Assembly: GCA_965203805.1 (NCBI GenBank)
Contig: OZ241917.1
Location: forward strand, 704,001-768,000
Direction of reading: 5' to 3'
Source: Candidatus Latescibacterota bacterium
Lineage (GTDB): Bacteria; Latescibacterota; UBA2968; GCA-2709665
Length of the DNA: 64,000 bases
Shown: in pieces, positions 1 to 9,066 of the stretch
Layout of the letters: each line of letters starts with the position of its first letter
How positions within the stretch are numbered: position 1 is the first letter of the stretch
Made by a program: the position numbers and the translations under genes
The notes under the pieces: generated by a model
Databases searched by the model: none
What the model saw: only the letters and a program-made list of their open reading frames with translations
What the model was told of the DNA's origin: nothing

Positions 1-2014
1 CGCCGGCAGCCGCGCAATTCCTCCGTTGCTCGGCCGTGAGTGTCCGGGTGCTGCCGGCTTCGTCCACCACGCTGCAGGGATCGCTCACAAGCGGGAAGGC
101 ATCGCTCTGGCCGAGGAACATCTCCGCGATGCCGGGCGCGCGAAACGCATTGGATATCGTCGCCCGGAGCGTCAGTCCCCGGGGAAGCACGCAACGGGCG
201 CCAGCCTCATACGTGAAGCCGCTCCCGAAGGTGTCGTAATCGAATGCCCTGCCTGCCGCGGTCAGATCCAGTCCAGCGGCATCGGTCCGATATACCGGCA
301 CGGAGGCCTCCCCATACAGGGCCCTTACCGAATAGGCGCCTTCGGTCGATTCCTGCTTGCTGCCGGTCGTATTTCCCGATTTCGTCACCGGATCCGGGAT
401 ATACGCGCCGGCTTCCCACCGTGAAGACACCCCCGCGGCCACGCCCAGCGGACCGGCCGGCAGTTCGGCGATCTGCCCGGTCAGGTTCAGCTGGAGGATC
501 TTCTGCCTGGTGTAGCCCGTCGCGATTCCGGTATACTGGATGTAGTCCAGCATTTCCTGCGTGATGGTACCGGCGCCGTGCAGCAGATCAAGCGGCACGC
601 ATCCGCCGGTGGCGGCGCATTCCTCCGCGGGTCCCAGCGCATAGGCCAGATTGCTGAGGACGAATCGTCCCTCATTGATATTGGTTCCCTCGCTGCGGCC
701 GTACGCATACGACAGATCGGCGTCAATCCCCCGATGCGAGTATTCGGCGCCCAGCACGATGCGGTAGGTGTTGATGTCCTGGAGGAAATTTCGATTGCCC
801 GCCTCTACGAACCGGCGTCGGACGTCGTAGAAGTCGCGTCCGTATTCATTGTATCTGTTCGTGGCCGATACGGAGAGGCCCTCGCTGATGATGAAAAGGG
901 GGGTCGGCGCGAGCTTCTGGTCGGACCGCCGATTCGTGTAGGAAACCTCGAAAAAGCCCTTCGCCTCCTGCGCGAATTCATAGCTGCCGCTGAGAAAGGT
1001 GGTGTATCGGGTTTGGGGCGTGTAGAGGTAATTTTCCGGCTGATAATTGTACAGGTCGCCGCTGCCGTCCGAAGAGTTTCCCGCCCAGTTGAACGGGCGC
1101 CATCCACCGTTGGGGTCGCGGTGGTAGTCGCCGGCGTTCTCGCCGGCAGCCGTTACCACAGCCTGCCACGCCGCATTGCCGGGGTTGCCGGTCCGGTCGA
1201 TGATGTGTCCTTCCGGCGTCGCCGAACTACCGCTTGTGGCGTAGGTGCCGTCGTTTTTTTCCCAGTCGTAGGACTTGTCCTCTGTGCTGAAGGGCCGGTC
1301 GCCGGTCCACACGGGGCCCTGATTGTGGTAGCCGGCCGAAAACAGGACGCTGCCTTTTTCGCTCTTCAGGCCGGCTGTCACGCTGACATCCAGCGTCTCG
1401 CCGTCGCCCTCGCCCGCGACACCCTGGTAGATTTCAAACTCGAGCCCCTCGGTCTCGGCCCTCGTGATGACGTTTACGACGCCGCCGACCGCGTCGGATC
1501 CGTACACGGCGGAAGCGCCGTCTTTCAGCACCTCCACACGCTCTACGGCCGAGGCGGGAATGGCGTTCAGGTCCACGGAGGAATTGGCGCCCGTGCCGCC
1601 CGGAACGAAGCGGCGGCCGTTGAGCAGCACCAGGGTTCGATGTGCGCCCAACCCCCGGAGACTGATGCGGGTAGAGCCGTCTCCGCCGTTGTTGGCCTGA
1701 GTGTTGATGGCATTGGACTGAACGGTGAGGGTCTGCAGGACGTCTCCTATCGACGCCAGGCCCCGTACCTTGATTTCATCCCGAGACATGACAATGACCG
1801 GCGCCGGCGTGAGGTCGTCCTGACTCTTGATCCGTGAGCCGGTTACGGTGATGGCCTCCAGTTCGTAGACCACTATTTCATCGTCGTCTGCCTCTTCAAC
1901 TTCCTCAACGTCTTCGACGTCTCCGGCATCTTCTCCGGACGCCGGGACCACGCACACCTCACTGGCGAAAAACACAGCCAGCGCGAACCACAAGACCTCG
2001 TATCGGCTTCGCAT
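1..2014 (-). CDS. TonB-dependent outer-membrane receptor (partial; 3' end runs off the window start)
   Basis: Manual minus-strand translation from ATG at 2014: signal peptide MRSRYEVLWFALAVFF, acidic stretch, TonB-box-like EAITVTGSRI, plug motifs ISLRGLGAHRTLVLLNGRR and VERVEVLKDGASAVYGSDAVGGVVNVITR. Missing from the ORF track, consistent with no stop codon inside the window. Confidence 0.93.
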   Translation of the reverse strand, partial: MRSRYEVLWFALAVFFASEVCVVPASGEDAGDVEDVEEVEEADDDEIVVYELEAITVTGSRIKSQDDLTPAPVIVMSRDEIKVRGLASIGDVLQTLTVQSNAINTQANNGGDGSTRISLRGLGAHRTLVLLNGRRFVPGGTGANSSVDLNAIPASAVERVEVLKDGASAVYGSDAVGGVVNVITRAETEGLEFEIYQGVAGEGDGETLDVSVTAGLKSEKGSVLFSAGYHNQGPVWTGDRPFSTEDKSYDWEKNDGTYATSGSSATPEGHIIDRTGNPGNAAWQAVVTAAGENAGDYHRDPNGGWRPFNWAGNSSDGSGDLYNYQPENYLYTPQTRYTTFLSGSYEFAQEAKGFFEVSYTNRRSDQKLAPTPLFIISEGLSVSATNRYNEYGRDFYDVRRRFVEAGNRNFLQDINTYRIVLGAEYSHRGIDADLSYAYGRSEGTNINEGRFVLSNLAYALGPAEECAATGGCVPLDLLHGAGTITQEMLDYIQYTGIATGYTRQKILQLNLTGQIAELPAGPLGVAAGVSSRWEAGAYIPDPVTKSGNTTGSKQESTEGAYSVRALYGEASVPVYRTDAAGLDLTAAGRAFDYDTFGSGFTYEAGARCVLPRGLTLRATISNAFRAPGIAEMFLGQSDAFPLVSDPCSVVDEAGSTRTLTAEQRRNCAAAG

Positions 2015-2245
2015 AAGAGGACTCCCCTCTGGTAAGGCGCCATTCAGTACCTGCAATCGGTGGCGCGTCCGTGTTCAGTTGGCGTTGAGCTTTTTCAGTC
2101 GACCACTCGCGCGCCGGGGGAAGGTACGCAGGGACACGACCGGGAACAGGACCGTGTATAGGGTGGGGGAGTTGGGGCGGGATCTCCCTGCATCGACGCC
2201 CCATGCGGAGACGTCGCAGGGTTGTCCCGCAAGCGGTTTACCTAA

Positions 2246-2273
2246 AATATAACGCCTACGGCGAACGCCGCAA
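2246..2273 (-). promoter_or_regulatory. Candidate sigma70 promoter for the TonB receptor
   Basis: Minus strand TTGCGG-N16-TATATT, implying a leader of about 220 nt. Confidence 0.35.
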
Positions 2274-2330
2274 GGTGTTCATTCGTCAATATTCCGAATT
2301 GTTATCGTCTCCGGTTTTCGTATTGGACAT

Positions 2331-2360
2331 AAAAAAGGAGGCCGAATGATCGGCCTCCTC
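2331..2360 (-). terminator. Rho-independent terminator after tRNA-fMet
   Basis: 9-bp stem GGAGGCCGA/TCGGCCTCC with 4-nt loop, followed by T6 on the minus strand. Confidence 0.85.
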
Positions 2361-2371
2361 TGTTGTTTATT

Positions 2372-2448
<77 letters not shown>

Positions 2449-2469
2449 ACCACAAATCCTGTATAGGGA

Positions 2470-2497
2470 AATCTATCAATCCGAGTCGTTTTGTCAA
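2470..2497 (-). promoter_or_regulatory. sigma70 promoter for tRNA-fMet
   Basis: TTGACA-N16-TAGATT; the -35 box overlaps the corC stop codon. Confidence 0.6.
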
Positions 2498-3783
2498 GCG
2501 ATTTCTTGTGTTTTGCCCTGTTTGTTCCGATCGGGTTCCTGTTTGACGATCCGGACTGTGGTAATGCGTTGACCGACCACTTCCTCGACCCACAGGGTGA
2601 GGTTTTCGAATACAAAGGTCTCTTCGGGACCCGGAACCCGGCCCAGGTGGTTGTAGATGAATCCGCCGAGGGTTTCGTATCCTTCACGCGGAAGCTCGAT
2701 ATTGAGGATCAGATTGAGGTCGTCTATATCCAGTCTCGCATCGGCAACCAGCACGTGTCCGTCTTCGTCCCAGTGAAACAGTTGCTCTTCCTCGTCGTAT
2801 TCGTCGTGAATTTCGCCGACGATCTCTTCGATCAGGTCCTCGAGCGTGACCAGTCCGGAAGTGCCTCCGAATTCATTGATGACAATGGCCATGTGCACCT
2901 TGTTGGCCTTGAATTCACGCATCAACTCCGCGATTTTCTTGTTTTCAGGCGCAAAATACGGCTTGCGCATAGCGCCTTCCGGCGTCCAGTCCTCACCTGT
3001 GCCTAAAAGCTCGAGCAGATCCTTGGCGTAAACCACGCCTTCTATATGGTCCACGCGTTCCCGGTAGATCGGAATGCGGGAGTGGCGTCGCTGCTGGATC
3101 AACGACAGGATATCCGCCGGTTTGGAGGAGATTTCGGCGCACACCATATCAATACGCGGGATCATCACCTCCTTCACGGTGGTTTCGCCGAACTCGAATA
3201 TGCCGGCGATCATGTCCCGCTCTTCCTCTTCGATGGTCCCTTCCTCGGTCTCGGTTTCCACAATCTGACGCAGTTCCTCCTCCTTGATGGCCCTTGTATC
3301 GGTTTCGCTGACAAACAGGCTCTGAGTCTTATGCAGGAGCATCGTTGGCGCGAGCAGCAGCATATAGAGTGGATAGTATATGGCGATCAGATGCGGCAGC
3401 GGACGATCGGATCCCTCTTCCCGCCTGTAGAACGAGACGGCATTGCCAATCAGCAGCGAAATCAGCACGAACACGGTGATGCTCAGCAGATCGCGCAGAA
3501 GCGGCCAGGCGAAGTCGCCCAGTCCGAATCTGACGAGGGATGCGAACGCAAGTCCGCCCAGGGTGATGGACAGCGATTGACCAAGCGTGACCGTCAGGCC
3601 CAAAGCGTATCTCGGCCGGTACATCGACAGCAGGAGGTTCGCGCGGGGAACGGCTTCATCTCGGAGGCGCTCAAGTGTCGCCCTCGATATCGTGCTTCCG
3701 ATCGCGCCTGCGCGTGCGATCAGCGCGGTGACGACCAGAGATCCGCCTGCGACAAGTGCTGCCAACCATTCGGAGTCGTCCAA
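2494..3783 (-). CDS. Hemolysin-family/CNNM-CBS-CorC domain membrane protein (Mg/Co transport-associated)
   Basis: N-terminal TM helices, CBS pair (VKEVMIPRIDM, HSRIPIY, VINEFGGTSGLVTLEDLIEEIVGEIHDEYD), C-terminal CorC_HlyC domain; follows ybeY. Confidence 0.92.
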   Translation of the reverse strand: MDDSEWLAALVAGGSLVVTALIARAGAIGSTISRATLERLRDEAVPRANLLLSMYRPRYALGLTVTLGQSLSITLGGLAFASLVRFGLGDFAWPLLRDLLSITVFVLISLLIGNAVSFYRREEGSDRPLPHLIAIYYPLYMLLLAPTMLLHKTQSLFVSETDTRAIKEEELRQIVETETEEGTIEEEERDMIAGIFEFGETTVKEVMIPRIDMVCAEISSKPADILSLIQQRRHSRIPIYRERVDHIEGVVYAKDLLELLGTGEDWTPEGAMRKPYFAPENKKIAELMREFKANKVHMAIVINEFGGTSGLVTLEDLIEEIVGEIHDEYDEEEQLFHWDEDGHVLVADARLDIDDLNLILNIELPREGYETLGGFIYNHLGRVPGPEETFVFENLTLWVEEVVGQRITTVRIVKQEPDRNKQGKTQEIA

Positions 3784-3790
3784 AATGGAT

Positions 3791-4243
3791 TCACACTCCT
3801 TTCAGAGGTTTGCCTGCTTGAAGCCGCGCCATATACTCTTGTTCCTTGCGTCGCATGGACGCACTGGATCCAGGTTCGTCGTGCCGGTACCCGAGCAGAT
3901 GCAGGGTACCATGAATGGCAAGACACGTGATTTCGTCGGACAGGCCGCGGGATGTTTCCCGTGCCTGCGCTTCGGCCCGATCCACGGAAATGTAGATTTC
4001 ACCGAAATCGCCGCCGTCGGGATGGATCGGGTCCGACAGGTCGAAGGATAAGACATCGGTAGGCCCGGATGCGCCCTTGAACTCGCGGTTCAGACGACAA
4101 AGCGTCACGTCGTCGGCCAGTATCAGGGTGACGGTACCGACCGCATCGTGATCCTCGAGCACGCGGTCGAGCAGGAAGTCGAGGTTCGCCAGATCGAAGG
4201 GTTCGGGAAACTGCGCTGCCTGCTCGATGCGGACCCGGGTCAC
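3791..4243 (-). CDS. ybeY: rRNA maturation endoribonuclease YbeY
   Basis: LNREFK..PTDVLSF, GEIYIS and HGTLHLLGYRH zinc motif; GTG start at 4243 overlaps the upstream TGA (GTGA), with AAGGAAG as RBS. Confidence 0.93.
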   Translation of the reverse strand: MTRVRIEQAAQFPEPFDLANLDFLLDRVLEDHDAVGTVTLILADDVTLCRLNREFKGASGPTDVLSFDLSDPIHPDGGDFGEIYISVDRAEAQARETSRGLSDEITCLAIHGTLHLLGYRHDEPGSSASMRRKEQEYMARLQAGKPLKGV

Positions 4244-6552
4244 AAGACTTCCTTTCCGCGCCTGGATTGAACCCGTTTCTGTTCCTGCTGCCACGGATAG
4301 GCAACGCGGCTGTGCCATGTGCCCTCGAGAATGGGCAGAAACGCTTCCTGAATCCGGGTCAGGTCTCGGAGCGTCAGGTCGCATTCGTCCAGTTCACCGG
4401 CGGTAAACCGTCCCTTTACGAGTCTCTGAACCATGTCGCGGGTGTCTTCGGGGGAAATTGCGTTGAGGCTGCGTATAGCCGATTCCACCGCGTCGGCAAG
4501 GCTGACGATACCCGCCTCACGTGTTTGTGGCCGCGGACCCGGATATCGGAAATCGGCGTCGCGCACCTCGTCGGGGGCGCTGCTTTCCAGGGCGCTCTTC
4601 TTGAATCCCGCGATTTCGCTGGTCCCGTGATGCTGGGAGATCATGTCGATAATAACCCGGGGCAAACCTTCCTCTTCCGCCATTCTGACCCCGTCCTTCA
4701 CATGGGAGATGAGAATCAGGGCGCTCAGGCGGGGCTGGAGTTCATCGTGCGGGTTCACGCCTTTCTGGTTCTCGATAAAATAGTGGGGTCGTGTCATCTT
4801 GCCGATGTCATGGTAATAACAGCCTACCCGCGCCAGCAGGCCGTTGGCGCCAACGACTTCAGCGGCGGCCTCCGAAAGCCTGGCCATGATGATGCTGTGA
4901 CTGTACGTCCCCGGCGCCCGAATGGCCAGGTTGCGCAGCAGCGGCCGGTTCAGGTCCGAGAGCTCCAGCAGCGTGTAGGTCGTGACCACGCTGAATGCGC
5001 TTTCGAAGATCGGCAGCAGGCCGATCGTCAGAACGGAGGATGCGCAGGCCGTGAAGGTGCCCAGAACCAGGTCCCACCTGACCTTCTGGATGAACTCTCC
5101 GAAACTCGCATAGCTGAACAAAAGGGTGGCGGTTGCGAAGGTAGAAAGCACGTAGGCGCAGACCAGGAAGGCGATGGACCGGTAAAAGAAGTCGCTGCGC
5201 CGGTTCACCGGACGTACGGAGTATGCCCCGGCAGCCCCGGTAATCAGATAAATCAGTCCGAACGAAAGGCTTCCCACGATACTCGCGCACAACGTGGCGC
5301 ACACGAACGAGACAACCAGGCCGACTTCCGTGTCGAATAGCACGGTCGCCAGCATCACCGAAAGGGCAACCGGCACCAGCAAGGGCGTTATCGACGACAC
5401 GGTTGCCGCATACGACGCGACGAGGCACGGCATGGTGACCAGGATGCCGAACAGGACGAGGTTGGAGGTCGACGCGAAGATCGCAGGCCGCGACACCTGA
5501 AGAAATACGAACAAAATCGCAACCAGCAAGGCGCTGACGGCGGCCTGTGCGCCGACTTGCAGATGATAGAGGTACGGTACCCGGTCGATCGCCCGGTTCA
5601 TGTGCACGGCGAGAGAACGCAACTGGTCCATGTGTTCCGAGGTCACGCGGTCGTGTTTGTCGACGATGCGCTCGCCTCCCAGAAAACTACCCTTGTAGGG
5701 CGAGACCCTTGCTGCGGCCTCCTCCCTGCGCCGTCCGGTCTCTTCGGCGCTGTAGGTGAGATTGGGCGTCAGAAAGACGACGACAAGCTCGTATACGGCC
5801 TTGATCTCCGCGGGAGTACCCTGCGGGAATTGCGTGTCGATCTCATCCTGCAAGCTTCGCTCATACCATTCCAGGCCCCGGATAGGCGCCGCCGAAACGC
5901 GTCGTTCGCCGTCAGCCTGGACGAGAAGCACCTCTACAGTATCGTCGCCAAGGACTTCGGAGTCCTGGTTCAATACGCCGTCCGTATAACTGGATATCAG
6001 CAGATCGCGGACAGTGGTGCGGAGCTTTTCGAATCCGGCGGGGTAATTGGCCGCCTGATCGATGAGAAATCGCAGGCTGGCCTGAGATACGGAACCGATT
6101 TCAGAATGTGCCTGCTGGAGGTGATGTACGGCCGAATCCGGAGCGACGGCAGTACTCCTCCGACTCAGATCCTCGAAGAATCCGTCAAGTGCCTGTTGCC
6201 GATCCGCAGCTATCCCCGCGTTCAGGATCAATACCGGAAGAACGTCTTCGCGGGCTGCTTCCACTTCGCGGCCGTACTCGGTTTCGTTCTTGAACACTTT
6301 GAAGTTTTCCGGCGCGATCACTTCGTAGGGTGCGATGGTTCCCTCGCTGAATGCACTGTGTTCGTAGTTCGTTCTGGCAATCGGGAAGAAATACGTCAGC
6401 AGGGCAACCAGCGTGAAGAGGATGCCCCCCCGAAACAGAACCCTCAAGCGCGAACGCAACTTGCGACGGGCCAATGCAAGGCGGTCATCGCCACCGGTAT
6501 CCGATCCCAAAAATCCTGTATCCAGGAGCATCTGTCGGAGACTGCGCATCAT
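4240..6552 (-). CDS. 7TM-HD (HDIG) phosphohydrolase, PgpH/YqfF family (candidate cyclic-di-AMP phosphodiesterase)
   Basis: Extracytoplasmic domain, multiple TM helices, then APGTYSHS, YYHDIGK, HHGT, FRYPGPRPQTREAGIVSLADAVE; conserved phoH-ybeY context. Confidence 0.9.
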   Translation of the reverse strand: MMRSLRQMLLDTGFLGSDTGGDDRLALARRKLRSRLRVLFRGGILFTLVALLTYFFPIARTNYEHSAFSEGTIAPYEVIAPENFKVFKNETEYGREVEAAREDVLPVLILNAGIAADRQQALDGFFEDLSRRSTAVAPDSAVHHLQQAHSEIGSVSQASLRFLIDQAANYPAGFEKLRTTVRDLLISSYTDGVLNQDSEVLGDDTVEVLLVQADGERRVSAAPIRGLEWYERSLQDEIDTQFPQGTPAEIKAVYELVVVFLTPNLTYSAEETGRRREEAAARVSPYKGSFLGGERIVDKHDRVTSEHMDQLRSLAVHMNRAIDRVPYLYHLQVGAQAAVSALLVAILFVFLQVSRPAIFASTSNLVLFGILVTMPCLVASYAATVSSITPLLVPVALSVMLATVLFDTEVGLVVSFVCATLCASIVGSLSFGLIYLITGAAGAYSVRPVNRRSDFFYRSIAFLVCAYVLSTFATATLLFSYASFGEFIQKVRWDLVLGTFTACASSVLTIGLLPIFESAFSVVTTYTLLELSDLNRPLLRNLAIRAPGTYSHSIIMARLSEAAAEVVGANGLLARVGCYYHDIGKMTRPHYFIENQKGVNPHDELQPRLSALILISHVKDGVRMAEEEGLPRVIIDMISQHHGTSEIAGFKKSALESSAPDEVRDADFRYPGPRPQTREAGIVSLADAVESAIRSLNAISPEDTRDMVQRLVKGRFTAGELDECDLTLRDLTRIQEAFLPILEGTWHSRVAYPWQQEQKRVQSRRGKEVL

Positions 6553-6564
6553 CGCTCGGGCACC

Positions 6565-7566
6565 TTACACTGTCTGTTGACCCGCGCCGTCGTTCGGGCC
6601 GGGTTCATCGGTTGCCTGAAGCTTTTTTTCCGCTTCATAACGATCGTAAGCCGAGATGATCCTCCGCACCAGAGCGTGGCGTACGACGTCCCTCTCAGTA
6701 AAGCTGACGAACCGGACGGCCTCAATATGCGAGAGGATCTGCTGAACGTGAACGAGCCCGGACACGTCGTCCGGCAGCAGGTCGATCTGCGTGACATCAC
6801 CGTTGACAACGGCCTTTGAGTTGGCCCCCAATCGCGTGAGGAACATCTTCATCTGGCTGATGGTGGTGTTCTGAGCCTCATCCAGGATGACGAAGGCGTT
6901 GTTGAGCGTCCGCCCTCGCATAAATGCCAGGGGAGCGATTTCCAATGTCCGGTTCTCTAGCAGGTGTTGTATATGCTCACCGGGAATCATGTCCCGCAGT
7001 GCGTCATATAACGGCCGCAGATAGGGATCGACCTTATCCTGAATGTCGCCCGGCAGGAAACCAAGACTTTCTCCGGCTTCGACCGCCGGGCGGGTCAGGA
7101 TGATCCTGGAGACTTCCTTGCGCTTCAAGGCGGCGGCGGCGCAGGCGACAGCGAGATAGGTCTTTCCGGTCCCGGCGGGGCCGATGCCGAAGACGATATC
7201 GAATTTCTCGATTCCGATCACATATTGTTGCTGGGCGGCGGAACGAGGCCGAATTACGCATTTCTGGGTGACAAGAACGGTTTTCTCGGTGTCGGACGGG
7301 CCGTTGTCGACGGTCACGGCGCCCGATTCGTCCGACCGTTCGGGGATGTCGCCGCGCCGCAGGCAGGAGACCATCTCTTCCAGAAGACCGGAAACGTGTC
7401 GAACCTTGTACGCGGGCCCTGAGATCGTGACGGTTTCGCCTCGGGCCGTTACGTGAACGCCGTATCGGGCTTCGAGCGCCAGGAGGTTGACGTCGTTGTG
7501 ACCGTACAACGTCAGGGGATCGACGCCCTGGATGGATAGCTGATGAGATAAGGTTCTATTTCTCAA
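6565..7566 (-). CDS. phoH: PhoH-family ATPase (YbeZ/PhoH1)
   Basis: GPAGTGKT, LTRPAVEAGESLGFLPGD, AFMRGRTL, ILDEAQN, GDVTQIDL. Start placed at TTG 7566 because the longer ORF start lies inside a terminator; start uncertain. Confidence 0.93.
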   Translation of the reverse strand: MRNRTLSHQLSIQGVDPLTLYGHNDVNLLALEARYGVHVTARGETVTISGPAYKVRHVSGLLEEMVSCLRRGDIPERSDESGAVTVDNGPSDTEKTVLVTQKCVIRPRSAAQQQYVIGIEKFDIVFGIGPAGTGKTYLAVACAAAALKRKEVSRIILTRPAVEAGESLGFLPGDIQDKVDPYLRPLYDALRDMIPGEHIQHLLENRTLEIAPLAFMRGRTLNNAFVILDEAQNTTISQMKMFLTRLGANSKAVVNGDVTQIDLLPDDVSGLVHVQQILSHIEAVRFVSFTERDVVRHALVRRIISAYDRYEAEKKLQATDEPGPNDGAGQQTV

Positions 7567-7584
7567 CCGGTCAGGTCTTTTCAG

Positions 7585-7632
7585 AAATAAAAAAGCCCTC
7601 GTTCCGGCCAGACTCCGGGAACGAGAGCTTTT
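7585..7632 (-). terminator. Terminator downstream of the lipoprotein-LysM operon
   Basis: Minus strand AAAAGCTCTCGTTCC...GGAACGAGGGCTTTT stem followed by TTATTTCT. Confidence 0.7.
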
Positions 7633-7719
7633 CATATGACTTATTCGTGGTGTGAGTCACTTTCCATTTTGTGAGGGCGCAATTCTCCGTCGCTCGGAGC
7701 CAGGGAGTCCGGTGACCGT

Positions 7720-8568
7720 TCAGTCTTCCGGAACGTCGATGACCTGCGCCGGAAAGACCAGGTTCGGATCCCGGATCTGAGACTTGTTCGCCCGATAAAT
7801 GCGGTGCCACTTCGTCGGGTCGTTGTAAACCATGCTGGCGATGCTCGTCAGCGTATGCCCCTGAAGGATCAGGTGTTGGCCCCTATCCACGCCGAAGGGA
7901 ATCTGCAGAACCCAATCGGGGTAGATCAGATCCGGATCCTTGATCTTGTCGCGATTTTCGAGATAAATCCTCGGCCAGAGGTAGGCGTTGTCGTAGATTT
8001 CCTCGCTCCTGGCGATCTTCCAGAGGTTATCGTTGCGGAGCACCGTGTAGTCTTTGATTTTCTTCGCGGGCATCCGGGCGGCGATACTCTCGATCAGCTG
8101 CACGATCGTCTTCAGTTTCATCCGCGCTTTGGGGAGATGGCGGATCTTGTTCTGCTTCAAGCCCTCGACCTCTTCGGAAATCGCATCGAAATGGTCACGC
8201 TGGTCGAAAAGATCGGCGTCGGGAAGATTCATCAGGGCCCTGAGCTGACCCTCGATGCGATCCAGTGCGGCCAGATAGGCGTCAATGCAGGCCTGATCGG
8301 GACACCCGACCAGATCCAGGACTTCCTGCAATGTACTTGCAATCTGCGCATCCAGCTCGGCGATCTGCTGCGAGACCCTGTCGCCGGCCTCTTTGCAATC
8401 CTGCACTTTCTGCTTCGTTTCCTGGATCTCCCGCTGCACGCTTGCAAGCTGCATTTCGTACTCTTCGTAGGTCATACCGTCGGACTGGGCAAAAGCAGCC
8501 ACCGGGACCAGAGCCATTGCCAGCGCAGTGCAGACGAGCGAAAACCCGATGTGTTTACGATTCTTCAC
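7720..8568 (-). CDS. Secreted coiled-coil protein with two C-terminal LysM peptidoglycan-binding domains
   Basis: Signal peptide (...PVAAFA), helical/coiled-coil middle, LysM repeats YTVLRNDNLWKIA...IKDPDLIYPDWVLQIP and HLILQGHTLTSIA...IRDPNLVFPAQVIDVP. Confidence 0.88.
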   Translation of the reverse strand: MKNRKHIGFSLVCTALAMALVPVAAFAQSDGMTYEEYEMQLASVQREIQETKQKVQDCKEAGDRVSQQIAELDAQIASTLQEVLDLVGCPDQACIDAYLAALDRIEGQLRALMNLPDADLFDQRDHFDAISEEVEGLKQNKIRHLPKARMKLKTIVQLIESIAARMPAKKIKDYTVLRNDNLWKIARSEEIYDNAYLWPRIYLENRDKIKDPDLIYPDWVLQIPFGVDRGQHLILQGHTLTSIASMVYNDPTKWHRIYRANKSQIRDPNLVFPAQVIDVPED

Positions 8569-8584
8569 AGGAATCTCCTTTCCA

Positions 8585-8860
8585 TTACGGATTCAGGGCG
8601 TTCTGCACGGCGTCCCGATCGGCGGTCAGTCTTTGAAGTTCTTGTTTCTTATCGGCCAGCGTACGTTCCAGTTCGGCCCGCTTCTGCCGGCACGCAGCCA
8701 GGTCCGCTTCTGCCGCCCGGGCATTGTTCCTTGCCTCTTCCAGCATCTGGAGATCTTCGTCCGAGGCCATTGCAATGCAGCCCGACAGAAGGGGAAGCAG
8801 GAACAGCGCCAGGACGACGCCGAATCCCGTGAAACGATCCATCAATTTGCGCTTAGCCAT
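8585..8860 (-). CDS. Small coiled-coil lipoprotein
   Basis: Lipobox LSGC after a hydrophobic stretch; Ala/Leu/Glu heptad-rich mature part; RBS AAGGAG. Confidence 0.82.
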   Translation of the reverse strand: MAKRKLMDRFTGFGVVLALFLLPLLSGCIAMASDEDLQMLEEARNNARAAEADLAACRQKRAELERTLADKKQELQRLTADRDAVQNALNP

Positions 8861-8991
8861 CGATGTCTCCTTGGGGACACGTGTTCATACGTTGAAGGAA
8901 CGTTGAATTGACAGACTGACGACGTCGAATGACGTGGAGCTGATAAAAATGGCTCGAAATCACCGTCTGATCAGGTTACAATTAGTGCCTC

Positions 8992-9020
8992 AAAATACTA
9001 CAAGAACCCGTCAAAGTCAA
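8992..9020 (-). promoter_or_regulatory. sigma70 promoter for the lipoprotein-LysM operon
   Basis: TTGACT-N17-TATTTT. Confidence 0.5.
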
Positions 9021-9066
9021 GAAAAAAATCACCATGAACCCGCCTGGCACAGCGCACGCCTGAGGC

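Noticed and set aside
578-1837. 419-aa plus-strand ORF
   Set aside because: Antisense shadow of the TonB receptor; no recognisable motifs. Long shadow ORFs are expected in GC-rich coding DNA.
7567-7635. N-terminal extension of PhoH in the ORF track
   Set aside because: Overlaps the terminator hairpin of the upstream operon, so probably not translated
8861-8990. c-di-AMP (ydaO) riboswitch upstream of the lipoprotein-LysM operon
   Set aside because: I could not match the consensus motifs; only a weak stem near the RBS
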